NCBI GenBank assembly: GCA_002344895.1
Contig: DDUR01000034.1
Location: 95,935 to 159,934, forward strand
Source: Ignavibacteria bacterium UBA2333
GTDB taxonomy: Bacteria; Bacteroidota; Ignavibacteria; Kapaibacteriales; Kapaibacteriaceae
Direction: 5' to 3'
Length of the DNA: 64,000 bases
The position numbers and the translations under genes were made by a program. How positions within the stretch are numbered: position 1 is the first letter of the stretch; the number at the start of each line of letters is the position of its first letter. This document shows, piece after piece, positions 37,023-46,525 of the stretch. The notes below the pieces were generated by a model. That model saw only the letters and a list, made by a program, of their open reading frames with translations. It made no database searches and was not told the DNA's origin.

Positions 37023-39278
37023 TCAGCGCGTCACAACAATCTTGCCTGACGTAGATGCTCCTGTTGCGGCACTTGACGATTGGATGATGTAGACACCTGG
37101 GGGCACCAGGCGATTCTGAGTGTCACGGCCATTCCAGAGTACCTGACGGCCACGAACTTGTAGGGCCGTCAAAAGTTCTCCACTCGCAGTCATAATTCGT
37201 ACGTCTGCATCGGGTGCAAGACCGTCGATAACAACTTCGCCATCGGAAGCCGGACGGAACGGTTGAGGATAGACGGAAAGGGCAAACTCTTCGGATGGCC
37301 GAATGCTTTGTGTACGTGCCGAGAAGAGACCAATAGACGTACCGAGATAGACACGGCCACTGTTATCGTCGATAGCTATTGACCGAATGTTATTGTCGAG
37401 AATCGGCGAATTCGACGTCGAGATTGTTGTTAACACTTCCGTTCCGTCCTCGTTCAGTACGAAGACTCCCACGTTTGTAGCAACCCATTTGTAGTTCAAG
37501 GCATCCACAACAAGGTCATTCACGGCGACGGTTGTCAACGACGTAATTCGTCGAACAAAGGGAACTGTCGTTGTCGATAGTGAACCTGGCGACGAGATGA
37601 CTGCTACACCACGTGCTGTCCCGAGCCAAATAGCCCCCGTTTTGTCAACCTTTATGGCAGATACGGCATTATCAGGAAGGTTCGTTGTACTTGATCGAAG
37701 ATTTTGGCAGATGTCATCTGAACGATCGTCCGTGTTCCGATCATTAATTGCCAAGACACCGTTCCCTGCTGGTCCAGCCAGCCACTTCGTGCCAATGTTA
37801 TCAATTGCCAGTGCTCGAAATTTGTTTGCACGTGTGTCCGTGCAGTTTGACCATGTTGGTTGGTTGGTGCCACCGGTGCGAACAAGGGCTCGATCAGCAG
37901 CCTCTTCGTTCACAAGGAAGACGGTACCATTCCTATCCATGGCTGCGTCTCCAACAAGGATAAAGTTCGGGTCCGCAGAAATGCCTTCAATTGACGATGT
38001 CGATTTGTCGATTTTGCTGAAGACAATACTGTCGCGTTCATCATACGTTGCTCGAAAGCCCCCTTTGCCCCATGACCCTAACCAAACACTGCCATCACGT
38101 AGTGCGTTAACACGGTAAATGGCATTAGCATTCATCGTTGCATTCGGGTCGAGACCAGTGTGATTTATCCACGACGTGCCATCCCATATGGCCACACCGA
38201 CACCCGTTCGAGGCGGGTCGACATCAGTTGCTGCCCACAGATGACCGCGACTATCAACCGTCAGATGTGCAAACTGGTTTGAAATCGGAGAGGTGATTTC
38301 AATAGGCGTAACGCGTGCGCCGTCGATTAACGTAATCGAGCGATTCACGACAAAGGCAATGGTCAGAATACGACCATCATGCGATACCGTCGTATGGCCA
38401 CGAAGTTCGCCCTCATATCCAACGATAACCGTACCGTCGGTGGTGTAGATTCTTGAGAGTGTTGAGGCTACAACGGTTCCGTTTGTCGTTGATAAACCTC
38501 GTATACTATCGGATGCAGCGGTTGCTTCAACAAATCCCGTATCCACAAAACGTAACAACCGCGTTCCAGAAGCGACAAATACAGACTGGCCATTTGACAC
38601 AATTCTTTCGGCAGCCGACTTTGGAAGTCCCGCTGACGTACCAAATAACCGCCACACCGACGGCTGCCGCAATGTTGGTACAGATAACGGTGCACAGGTC
38701 ACACCGCCATCCGTAGCTAACCATACTGTATCTCGGAGAATTGTAACACCTTGCACGGCGGTCTTTTCTTCGAGTGTCGACATTCTGTCAACGGTCTCGA
38801 TAAACACTTCGCGCACGACGTCAAAAGTGACGAGTCCAAACTGTGTAGCGATGTAGAGTACATTGTTTTCCAGTGCAAACGATGTAACACCGCGTCGAGG
38901 ATACTGCGACGCTCGTCGAATATCACCGACGTTTTTCCAGGTGAGGTCTTCATCGACAATGTCCACCGACCCGTCGCCACATCCAACGTAGATCTTCTTG
39001 CGCTCACGATCGCAAAGAACGGCGGTAACATCGAGAGTTGTGAGAGCACCGATATTGCGAATCTGTTGCTGTTCGCCGGTGGCTACGTCATAGATAAAGA
39101 CGCCGCCAGACGTGGCGCACCAAATTCTACCCCGCGAATCGATATCCGCACCGCGAACGGTGCGCATTGAGGAATACGTTTCCCAGTCTGAGAGTCGCAC
39201 TTGTTGAGATGAGAGGACCTCACCTCCCATAACGACGTATACGGCAACGACGAATGTCAGTACTGTTCGCGAACACAT
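37023..39278 (-). CDS. beta-propeller repeat protein (two-component-regulator-propeller/Y_Y_Y-like repeats) with T9SS C-terminal sorting domain
   Basis: It has a signal peptide, many ~45-aa repeats with W/Y-x-G-T motifs, and a C-terminus (...SVYPQPFRPASDGEVVIDGLAPDADVRIMTASGELL...GVYIIQSSSA...GKIVVTR) typical of T9SS type-A sorting domains. Confidence 0.75.
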   Translation of the reverse strand: MCSRTVLTFVVAVYVVMGGEVLSSQQVRLSDWETYSSMRTVRGADIDSRGRIWCATSGGVFIYDVATGEQQQIRNIGALTTLDVTAVLCDRERKKIYVGCGDGSVDIVDEDLTWKNVGDIRRASQYPRRGVTSFALENNVLYIATQFGLVTFDVVREVFIETVDRMSTLEEKTAVQGVTILRDTVWLATDGGVTCAPLSVPTLRQPSVWRLFGTSAGLPKSAAERIVSNGQSVFVASGTRLLRFVDTGFVEATAASDSIRGLSTTNGTVVASTLSRIYTTDGTVIVGYEGELRGHTTVSHDGRILTIAFVVNRSITLIDGARVTPIEITSPISNQFAHLTVDSRGHLWAATDVDPPRTGVGVAIWDGTSWINHTGLDPNATMNANAIYRVNALRDGSVWLGSWGKGGFRATYDERDSIVFSKIDKSTSSIEGISADPNFILVGDAAMDRNGTVFLVNEEAADRALVRTGGTNQPTWSNCTDTRANKFRALAIDNIGTKWLAGPAGNGVLAINDRNTDDRSDDICQNLRSSTTNLPDNAVSAIKVDKTGAIWLGTARGVAVISSPGSLSTTTVPFVRRITSLTTVAVNDLVVDALNYKWVATNVGVFVLNEDGTEVLTTISTSNSPILDNNIRSIAIDDNSGRVYLGTSIGLFSARTQSIRPSEEFALSVYPQPFRPASDGEVVIDGLAPDADVRIMTASGELLTALQVRGRQVLWNGRDTQNRLVPPGVYIIQSSSAATGASTSGKIVVTR

Positions 39279-39296
39279 GGGCAGAAATAGTCGGTG

Positions 39297-39800
39297 TTAA
39301 AAACGATGTAGTCGTACGTGTGTCCGTTCAAGTGCATCGAGCGTCTCAAGAGCAGCAATAGCAGCTTCGCGACCCTTGTGCCCATGGGCCCCTCCGGCAC
39401 GTTCTCGTGCCTGTTCAACGTTTTCCGTCGTAAGGACTCCGAAGATGCATGGAATACGCGTATCAACGGCAATTCTTTGGAGCTCGTGGGCCACAGGTCC
39501 AGCGACGTATTCAAAATGTGCGGTTTCACCTCGGATTACGACACCGAGTGTGATAACCGCATTAATCTTGCCACTACGTGCCAAGGTGGCAGCGAGGACG
39601 GGAATCTCGTAACATCCCGGCACACGAACGATGAGAATGTCGCCGGTCTCAACTCCCAATTCTAACAAGGTATTGAGAGCTCCGTCAACGAGCGTTCCAA
39701 CAATGTCGTCGTGCCAACGAGCGGCAACAATGGCAATCTTTCTACCACTGCCGTTTACGTCCGATCCATCAATGTGGATAGTTTCCTTGCTCCGAGTCAT
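39297..39800 (-). CDS. ribH: 6,7-dimethyl-8-ribityllumazine synthase
   Basis: The core (RKIAIVAARWHDDIVGTLVDGALNTLLELGV...VRVPGCYEIPVLAATLA...ITLGVVIRGETAHFEYV) matches RibH. The start is ambiguous (ATG at 39800 or 39839, or GTG at 39758). Confidence 0.9.
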   Translation of the reverse strand: MTRSKETIHIDGSDVNGSGRKIAIVAARWHDDIVGTLVDGALNTLLELGVETGDILIVRVPGCYEIPVLAATLARSGKINAVITLGVVIRGETAHFEYVAGPVAHELQRIAVDTRIPCIFGVLTTENVEQARERAGGAHGHKGREAAIAALETLDALERTHVRLHRF

Positions 39801-40677
39801 GTTGTGCTCCTCGTTGTCGTAATGATTGGGCTCGAACATCGAGCAGTTCTACTCGTTCAGCTGAGATGCCAAACGTCCCGAAATTACGATCGTCATAATC
39901 CCTGCTCCCGTGATAGTCTGAACCACCGGTGATGACTAGCTCATGCTGTTCAGCGAGAACTCGATAATACTCTCGCGTTACGTACCAGTGAGATGGATGG
40001 TAGACTTCTATTCCATCAATTCCACCCGCCAGCAGCGTGAGAAAAAGTCGGGGTTCGGAGTACGTTTTAGCTGGATGAGCAATCACGGCAATTCCACCAG
40101 CACGATGGATGAGGTTGACGGCATCGGTGACGGTAAACACCGACCGCGGCACATAGGCTGGTTTCCCTGCATCGAGGTAGATATCAAATGCCTTTTGATG
40201 CGAGGTCACAAATCCGCGCTGGACAAGAACTTTTGCGATATGCGGCCTGCCGATTGGTGCTCCGGCAGCAACTTCCTTTACTTCGTCGACAGAAATTGTC
40301 ACACGAAGATTCTGCAGCCGTTCAACCATGAGTATTGCTCTTCGGTCGCGCTCGGCGCGCAGGTGAATGGCAAGTTGTAAAAGTTCTTCGTTATCAATGT
40401 CAAGATGATAACCCAGAATATGGATTTCACGACCGTGCTCATAACATGACACTTCGATTCCCGAAATGAGTCGAACGTTGCCGTTATATCCGCCGTGCCG
40501 AAGTGCATGATGGGCGTCGACACTGTCATGATCTGTTATTGCAAGCACTTCAATGCCTTCGCGTTCTGCCTTTTCAAGCAGAACTTCAGGTTGCAGAAGG
40601 CCATCTGACTTTGTTGTGTGAGAATGCAGGTCTGCATAGATACCGTTTATCGTCACGAGCGCTCCCGTACAAACCAT
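39769..40677 (-). CDS. PHP-domain phosphoesterase, TrpH/YciV (RNase AM)-like
   Basis: IYADLHSHTTKSDGLLQPEVLLEKAEREGIEVLAITDHDSV matches the TrpH N-terminus. An alternative GTG start at 40656 overlaps the upstream stop (GTGA). Confidence 0.8.
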   Translation of the reverse strand: MVCTGALVTINGIYADLHSHTTKSDGLLQPEVLLEKAEREGIEVLAITDHDSVDAHHALRHGGYNGNVRLISGIEVSCYEHGREIHILGYHLDIDNEELLQLAIHLRAERDRRAILMVERLQNLRVTISVDEVKEVAAGAPIGRPHIAKVLVQRGFVTSHQKAFDIYLDAGKPAYVPRSVFTVTDAVNLIHRAGGIAVIAHPAKTYSEPRLFLTLLAGGIDGIEVYHPSHWYVTREYYRVLAEQHELVITGGSDYHGSRDYDDRNFGTFGISAERVELLDVRAQSLRQRGAQHDSEQGNYPH

Positions 40678-41015
40678 GCCTTCGTGATGTGGCCGTTCAC
40701 AACGAGATACGTGGCTACGGCATGGACAACGGTGTCTTGAACGAGGCCTGAAACCTGCTCTTCGTCATAGACGACATCTCCACAGACAATTCGAGTAACG
40801 AGTGTACAGTAGAGATCCGTCTTTTCCGAAAACATCGGTCCATATCGTTTCCGAAGCGCCTCTGAGCCTGAACAGAATGTCTCACCGGTCACGAGATCAA
40901 TGAGTTCAATGTCGTCTGAATACACAGCAACAAATCTGTCGATGTCTCTAGCATTGTATGCCTCGAGTTGTTCCTGTGCGCACCAGGCCGGGCTTCTCAC
41001 GTCGTTGTTTTGCAT
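40653..41015 (-). CDS. NTF2-like/SnoaL-like small protein
   Basis: It is 120 aa, and LEAYNARDIDRFVAVYSDDIEL...HITKAWF resembles NTF2-like (SnoaL/DUF4440) folds. The assignment is weak. Confidence 0.4.
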   Translation of the reverse strand: MQNNDVRSPAWCAQEQLEAYNARDIDRFVAVYSDDIELIDLVTGETFCSGSEALRKRYGPMFSEKTDLYCTLVTRIVCGDVVYDEEQVSGLVQDTVVHAVATYLVVNGHITKAWFVRERS

Positions 41016-41036
41016 TACGACAAAGATACGGTTGCG

Positions 41037-42098
41037 CTATCGTCGTGCTTCGACGTCAAAAATGTCTGCCAACATCTGCTGTAACACGATTACGGCCTCC
41101 GTTGAAGCCGACTTGATTGTCGCATCGGCACGTTGAATGGCGTACAATGCCCGCTCAACACGAGCGGGTCCTAGCCTGTCAAGAGCTTCAAGCGCATCCG
41201 GAACGGCAAACGGGGGCATACCTGCAGCCTTTGCCATTTCATTTCGGTCCGACGAGCTGCGTGCATCAATGAGTGCATACAGTGACAGGAAGTATCTCGT
41301 GAGCATCGTAATGATAAACATCTCCTGACGCTCGGCTTCCATCATCTTTGTGAGGATGGTAATGGCGGAAGCAGCGTCAGCCTTTGCTATCGCTTTTTGT
41401 AGTTCGAAGATGTTCCATGCACGTGCAGCGCCAACAACATCCGTTACATCATCTACCGTAATAGAAGAACGTTCACCCGCATAGGTCTGGAGTTTATTCA
41501 ACTCCATATCAAGCTCACGAAGTCCATTCCCCGTGCGTGCTACGAGGAAGTCAATCGCTGCATCGTCAATGGAGATGCCGTGGGATTCAGCACGACGGCG
41601 AATCCATGTGCGGACCTGCATTTCGCGCATGCGTGGAAACTCAATCCACGTTGCTGATGCGAGCAAAGCACCGATTGGAGCTTTCTGCGATTTGATCTTT
41701 CGCTGAGCCGTAGCGGAGTTTTTTTGAATCGACGTACTGATTCCGTCAAGTGACGGATATGATGCAGAGAGCAATAAAAACGTCGAGGCTGGCGGATCTT
41801 TGAGATACGTCGCCATTAAATCGTTGCCCTTTTTATCTTTTGCTCCGCTGATCTTTTCAAAACGCCGAACCCAGACAATACGCTTGTCTGACATCATCGG
41901 AAACGATCGTGCAAGTGTAAGTACAGCGTCAAGCGACATACCTTCACCGTCGACCATGTCCGAATTCATGCCCGTTGTATCAAGAGCGACGGCGGCGTCG
42001 AAGAGTTTTCGACATGCATCGTCAACGAGGTACTCTTCCTCGCCAAAGACAAGTAGGACGTTTGGGAACTTTCCCTTCGAGAGTATCTCGTCGATCAT
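41037..42098 (-). CDS. holA: DNA polymerase III subunit delta
   Basis: The N-terminus (MIDEILSKGKFPNVLLVFGEEEYLVDDACRKL) and the length (353 aa) fit HolA. Confidence 0.8.
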   Translation of the reverse strand: MIDEILSKGKFPNVLLVFGEEEYLVDDACRKLFDAAVALDTTGMNSDMVDGEGMSLDAVLTLARSFPMMSDKRIVWVRRFEKISGAKDKKGNDLMATYLKDPPASTFLLLSASYPSLDGISTSIQKNSATAQRKIKSQKAPIGALLASATWIEFPRMREMQVRTWIRRRAESHGISIDDAAIDFLVARTGNGLRELDMELNKLQTYAGERSSITVDDVTDVVGAARAWNIFELQKAIAKADAASAITILTKMMEAERQEMFIITMLTRYFLSLYALIDARSSSDRNEMAKAAGMPPFAVPDALEALDRLGPARVERALYAIQRADATIKSASTEAVIVLQQMLADIFDVEARR

Positions 42099-43165
42099 CG
42101 TTGTGTTGTGCGCGGATCAAGAGCGTCGCGAAGACCGTCACCAAAAAGATTAAGGGCAAAGACGGCGATTGCCATCACAAGGCAGGGGAAAACGGTCATA
42201 CCCCAATTCGTGCCAACTGCAAGGTATCCATATCCATCCTTGATCATCTGTCCCCACGATGCTGTGGGCGGTTGGACACCGAGTCCAATAAAGCTCAAGG
42301 ACGCCTCAGCGATAATAGCTGTTGCAAATCCTGCCGTAGAAATGACAACAATTGGCCCCATTGCATTCGGTAACATGTGACGTAGTATCGTGCGCACATT
42401 ACCGTATCCAAGTGCACGTGTTGCCTCGATGTATTCTTGTTCTCGAATACTGAAGAACTGACCACGCACAATTCGGGCTATGTCAACCCAAGAGCTCACT
42501 CCAATGGCCACGAACGTCTGCCAGTACCCTTTGCCGAGAATTACACTGAACGCAATGATGAGCAGAATCGTCGGGAAAGCAGCAACGACGTTAACAAGCC
42601 ACATCACACCATCGTCAACCCATCCACGAAAATATCCTGCTAACGAGCCGAGGATAATGCCAATAACAAGAGCGATACTCTCCGCTATGAGACCGACCGA
42701 CAACGAGACTCGCATCCCGTAGATAAGTCGGGTAAACATGTCTCGGCCAAAAGCATCAGTTCCCAACACAAACAGCGGTTCTTTATGCCAGTCGTTAGCG
42801 GATGTGCCAAACAATGATGACACCGGAATGACATAGGCCTCACCGGCAGGGTCTGTATAGTGTATACTATCACCAATCTGGCGGAAGTTAGAAACGGCAA
42901 CGATCGTAGGGCGATCTGGGATCGACGGATTCTTCTTTAACAACACATTTCCTCGAAATCCTGCAGGCTTCACCGTGTATTCCAGAATCTGTGTTGCAGG
43001 ATCAAACGGTGTAATAAGTGGCGCAGACAACGCTAGCAGGATCATAAGTACCAAAACGGCAAGGCCGATGGTAGCACCACGATTCTTCCGCAGTCGTCGC
43101 CACGTAAGTGCCCCAAGGCTCTCGCCATGTTGCAACGATGTTGGTTGTGATGGGGCCTTTGTCAT
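42095..43165 (-). CDS. ABC transporter permease (OppC/DppC family)
   Basis: An N-terminal periplasmic extension is followed by 6 TM helices. It carries the EAA-like motif of binding-protein-dependent permeases and is coupled to holA by an ATGA overlap. Confidence 0.85.
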   Translation of the reverse strand: MTKAPSQPTSLQHGESLGALTWRRLRKNRGATIGLAVLVLMILLALSAPLITPFDPATQILEYTVKPAGFRGNVLLKKNPSIPDRPTIVAVSNFRQIGDSIHYTDPAGEAYVIPVSSLFGTSANDWHKEPLFVLGTDAFGRDMFTRLIYGMRVSLSVGLIAESIALVIGIILGSLAGYFRGWVDDGVMWLVNVVAAFPTILLIIAFSVILGKGYWQTFVAIGVSSWVDIARIVRGQFFSIREQEYIEATRALGYGNVRTILRHMLPNAMGPIVVISTAGFATAIIAEASLSFIGLGVQPPTASWGQMIKDGYGYLAVGTNWGMTVFPCLVMAIAVFALNLFGDGLRDALDPRTTQR

Positions 43166-44091
43166 CGCAGTCGAATCCGTGGATCAAGGATGGAGTAGAT
43201 AATATCTGCCACGACGTTTGTGACAACGAAAATGACGGCTGTCAAGAGTACCGTTCCCTGAATCACTGGATAATCAAGTTGTGTTATTGCCGTGAACGAC
43301 GCATATCCGATTCCCGGCCAGTTAAAGACAAACTCGATAAAGTATGTTCCTGCAAGCAGTCCAGCGAACCACGCTGAAATTGTTGTAACGACCGGGTTGA
43401 GTGCATTACGGAGTGCGTGGCGGACGTACACGGTGGGCATCGACAGTCCTTTCGCTCGAGCGGTTCGGACATAATCCTGACCGAGTACATCAAGCATACT
43501 TGACCGTGTAACACGGGCGATGATGCTCATGGGTCGAATAGCAAGTGTTATCAGGGGCAACGTGAGATACTGCCATCCACGATCAATGTATCCGCTGTTC
43601 GGAAACCACTCCAGGGTAACACCAAAGACTAGGATAAACAGCAAGCCGACAACGAAGGATGGCAAGGAAATGCCTAGTAAACTTGTTGACATTGATGCAG
43701 TGTCGATCCACGAATTCGGCCGAATCGTTGCTACAAGACCGAGTGCAATCCCTCCCAGGATGGCAATTGCCATTGACGCACTGGCAAGTAATACCGTTGC
43801 AGGAAGCCGTTCTGATATAATCTCAGTTACGGGTCGCCGTGTGACAATTGATCTTCCCAGGTCTCCATCGGTCACGATGTTCTTTCCGTAGAGAAAGAGC
43901 TGTTCGTAGAGTGGCCGATCTAGGCCAAGTTGTTCGCGCATAGCGGCTACCGACACAGAATCAGCATGTTGGCCAAGCAGGACACGTGCAGGGTCACCTG
44001 GAGGGCGAATAAAAAAGGTGACGACCACAACGCCAGCCAGAACCCATAGGGCATAGTGAATACGACCAAGAACATAGAGGAGAAACTTCAT
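43162..44091 (-). CDS. ABC transporter permease (OppB/DppB family)
   Basis: MKFLLYVLGRIHYALWVLAGVVVVTFFI... matches the OppB-type N-terminus with 6 TM helices. ATGA overlaps lie on both sides. Confidence 0.85.
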   Translation of the reverse strand: MKFLLYVLGRIHYALWVLAGVVVVTFFIRPPGDPARVLLGQHADSVSVAAMREQLGLDRPLYEQLFLYGKNIVTDGDLGRSIVTRRPVTEIISERLPATVLLASASMAIAILGGIALGLVATIRPNSWIDTASMSTSLLGISLPSFVVGLLFILVFGVTLEWFPNSGYIDRGWQYLTLPLITLAIRPMSIIARVTRSSMLDVLGQDYVRTARAKGLSMPTVYVRHALRNALNPVVTTISAWFAGLLAGTYFIEFVFNWPGIGYASFTAITQLDYPVIQGTVLLTAVIFVVTNVVADIIYSILDPRIRLR

Positions 44092-44948
44092 GACGATGTC
44101 CGCATCTGGTCGATGTCGACCGTTACAGGGTCATTCACAACAATGCCAAGGAACTGACGTGCGAGGAGCGAAAAGTTTGGTGACGCATCGGTCACGTAGA
44201 ATAATGTCCGCGAGGCTGCAGCCTGCATTGACGTCGATTCCATTTGGATTCCGAGAATCTTCGCCGTTTCGGCTGTCGTACAAGCACCACAGTCGATAAG
44301 CGCAACATCTGGCAGCATCGACGACAACATTGGCGTGAGCAGGGGATAGTGTGTACAGCCTAGCACAAGTGTATCAATCCCATTTGCTACGAGTGGACGT
44401 AGATATTCGTCGGCAACAAGTCGTGTCACTGGTGATTCCAGCCATCCCTCTTCAACGAGTGGAACGAACAACGGGCACGGTTGTGCGTGGACCATGACGG
44501 CTCTCTCGGATGCAAGACGTGTGATGGCCTTTGTATACGAGTTCGACGAAATTGTGGCCCTTGTACCAATCACGCCGATATGAGAGTTTCGGGTGGCAGC
44601 GACGGCCTCACGTGCAGCAGGTTCTATCACTCCGATTACGGGCACGGGACATTCGTCCCGCAACACATCGAGTGCAACAGCGGACACTGTATTACACGCT
44701 ACGACGATGGCACGAACATCATGTCGTAACAAGAATGCCGCACATTGGCGCGCATAGGTGCGAACAGTTTCGGCCGACTTGTTACCGTACGGAACGCGTG
44801 CCGTATCACCGAGGTAGACGAATCGCTCGTTGGGTAGGGACAGCAACAGGTGCTTGAGGACGCTCAGACCGCCGATTCCTGAGTCAAACACGCCAATGGG
44901 GCGCGACGAAATGGACATGGCGCAAATATAGGAGTAGGAGACTGCCAC
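44088..44948 (-). CDS. murI: glutamate racemase
   Basis: Motifs are IGVFDSGIGGLSVLK, VYLGDTARVPYG and VVACNTVSAV. It uses a GTG start (an alternative ATG lies at 44918). Confidence 0.9.
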   Translation of the reverse strand: MAVSYSYICAMSISSRPIGVFDSGIGGLSVLKHLLLSLPNERFVYLGDTARVPYGNKSAETVRTYARQCAAFLLRHDVRAIVVACNTVSAVALDVLRDECPVPVIGVIEPAAREAVAATRNSHIGVIGTRATISSNSYTKAITRLASERAVMVHAQPCPLFVPLVEEGWLESPVTRLVADEYLRPLVANGIDTLVLGCTHYPLLTPMLSSMLPDVALIDCGACTTAETAKILGIQMESTSMQAAASRTLFYVTDASPNFSLLARQFLGIVVNDPVTVDIDQMRTSS

Positions 44949-44969
44949 ATCCCGTCCTAGTTTTGAACC

Positions 44970-46496
44970 ATGCGATTATCGCTCCGCGCACGCCTGACAC
45001 TTCTCTACAGTTCCCTCGTCATCTTGACGATAGCTGCCTTTGGTGCCATTGCGTGGTTTACCGTGCGGACGGAACTCTATGCCAATCTTGATGCCTCGCT
45101 AACGCGTGCCGCCGTTTCTCTCGAAGCCGTTATCCGATCACAATTACGCCAAGGAAAACGGTCGTTAACACCTCCACGGCGTGAATCTCGTCCGCCCGTA
45201 TCTCCTCGTGATGCCTTCGAGTTTCTTGAACGTCGAAGTCTTCGAGATTTTGTCGGACCTGTCCCACCATTGATTGCCGATATTACCACGCAGGATCCCG
45301 TTTGGAGTGCCGTCTACGAACACATGTTACTTGATGGGAGTGCCTATCTCATTCAAGTACGAGACGCTCGAAAGGGAATCGTTTGGAGGTCAGATAATCT
45401 AGGTGTTGACTCGCTGCCATCGTCTGACGTGTGGACGGCACAAGGTGCAGTGCTGACGGACGATCGAATGATCACGTATTACACCATTCGTGGTGTGCGG
45501 TACCGTCTGCTCGTCTACAAAGGCTCAACGGCGGAAATCGCTGCTGCGTATCCGGCGAGTGAGGTGGATGCAACGTTACGTCAGCTGTTTAGCCTCATGG
45601 TCTGGTCCTTACCGGTCACCCTGCTCATTTCTATTGTAGCAGGATACTTTCTTGCCCGACGTTCACTACGGCCAGTCGACGAAATCACAAAGTCGGCACG
45701 TACCATAACGGCGCAAAATCTGAGTCTCCGTTTGCCGGACCCACAAACGAATGATGAACTCGCACGGTTAACGGAGACTCTGAACGACATGATTGCGCGT
45801 TTGGAAACCTCCTTCGGCAGGATCCGTCAGTTTACGGGTGATGCGTCACATGAACTCCGAACTCCGCTTGCAATCCTGATGGGAGAATTGGAGCTGGCCT
45901 TACGACGGCCCATGTCACAAGATGCCTATCGAGAGACCATAACGTCGTGTCTTGAAGAAGTTGAACGACTGAATACGGTTGTGACTGGACTACTCGAGTT
46001 ATCTCGTGCAGACACTGGACATGAACAGGTTAATACACAGCCGGTGCGATTCAGTACACTCGTTGAGGATGTCTGTGATGATATGGTCATTCTCGCAGAT
46101 CGTCATCACATTACGATTGAGTCCGACATAGAACCAGGTATCATCGTTCCGGGCGACAAAGTACGACTACATCAAGCTGTGTTAAACGTCGTTGAGAATG
46201 CCGTCAAGTACACAGAACACGGAGGAATGGTTCGTGTTGACCTAATGGCGCGAGATGGAAGCGCGATGCTGACGGTTACCGATACAGGAATTGGAATCCC
46301 CGCAGATATGCTGCCTAAGATCTTTGATCGGTTTTTCCGTGTTGATCAATCTCGTTCGAGCGATGTTCATGGAACTGGCCTCGGACTATCCATCGTAAAG
46401 TGGATCATCGATATGCATAATGGCACAATTAGTGTGGATAGTGCCGTCGGAAAGGGGACTACGTTCAGTATTGTCCTACCCCTCACCTCGGTCTGA
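44970..46496 (+). CDS. sensor histidine kinase (periplasmic sensor + HAMP + HisKA + HATPase_c)
   Basis: Two TM helices flank a ~170-aa periplasmic domain. The H-box is DASHELRTPLAIL and the G-boxes are GTGLGLSIVKWIIDMHNGTI. No response regulator is adjacent. Confidence 0.85.
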   Translation: MRLSLRARLTLLYSSLVILTIAAFGAIAWFTVRTELYANLDASLTRAAVSLEAVIRSQLRQGKRSLTPPRRESRPPVSPRDAFEFLERRSLRDFVGPVPPLIADITTQDPVWSAVYEHMLLDGSAYLIQVRDARKGIVWRSDNLGVDSLPSSDVWTAQGAVLTDDRMITYYTIRGVRYRLLVYKGSTAEIAAAYPASEVDATLRQLFSLMVWSLPVTLLISIVAGYFLARRSLRPVDEITKSARTITAQNLSLRLPDPQTNDELARLTETLNDMIARLETSFGRIRQFTGDASHELRTPLAILMGELELALRRPMSQDAYRETITSCLEEVERLNTVVTGLLELSRADTGHEQVNTQPVRFSTLVEDVCDDMVILADRHHITIESDIEPGIIVPGDKVRLHQAVLNVVENAVKYTEHGGMVRVDLMARDGSAMLTVTDTGIGIPADMLPKIFDRFFRVDQSRSSDVHGTGLGLSIVKWIIDMHNGTISVDSAVGKGTTFSIVLPLTSV

Positions 46497-46525
46497 TACC
46501 ATTGTCTCCGTACTTTTGTAGAAAC

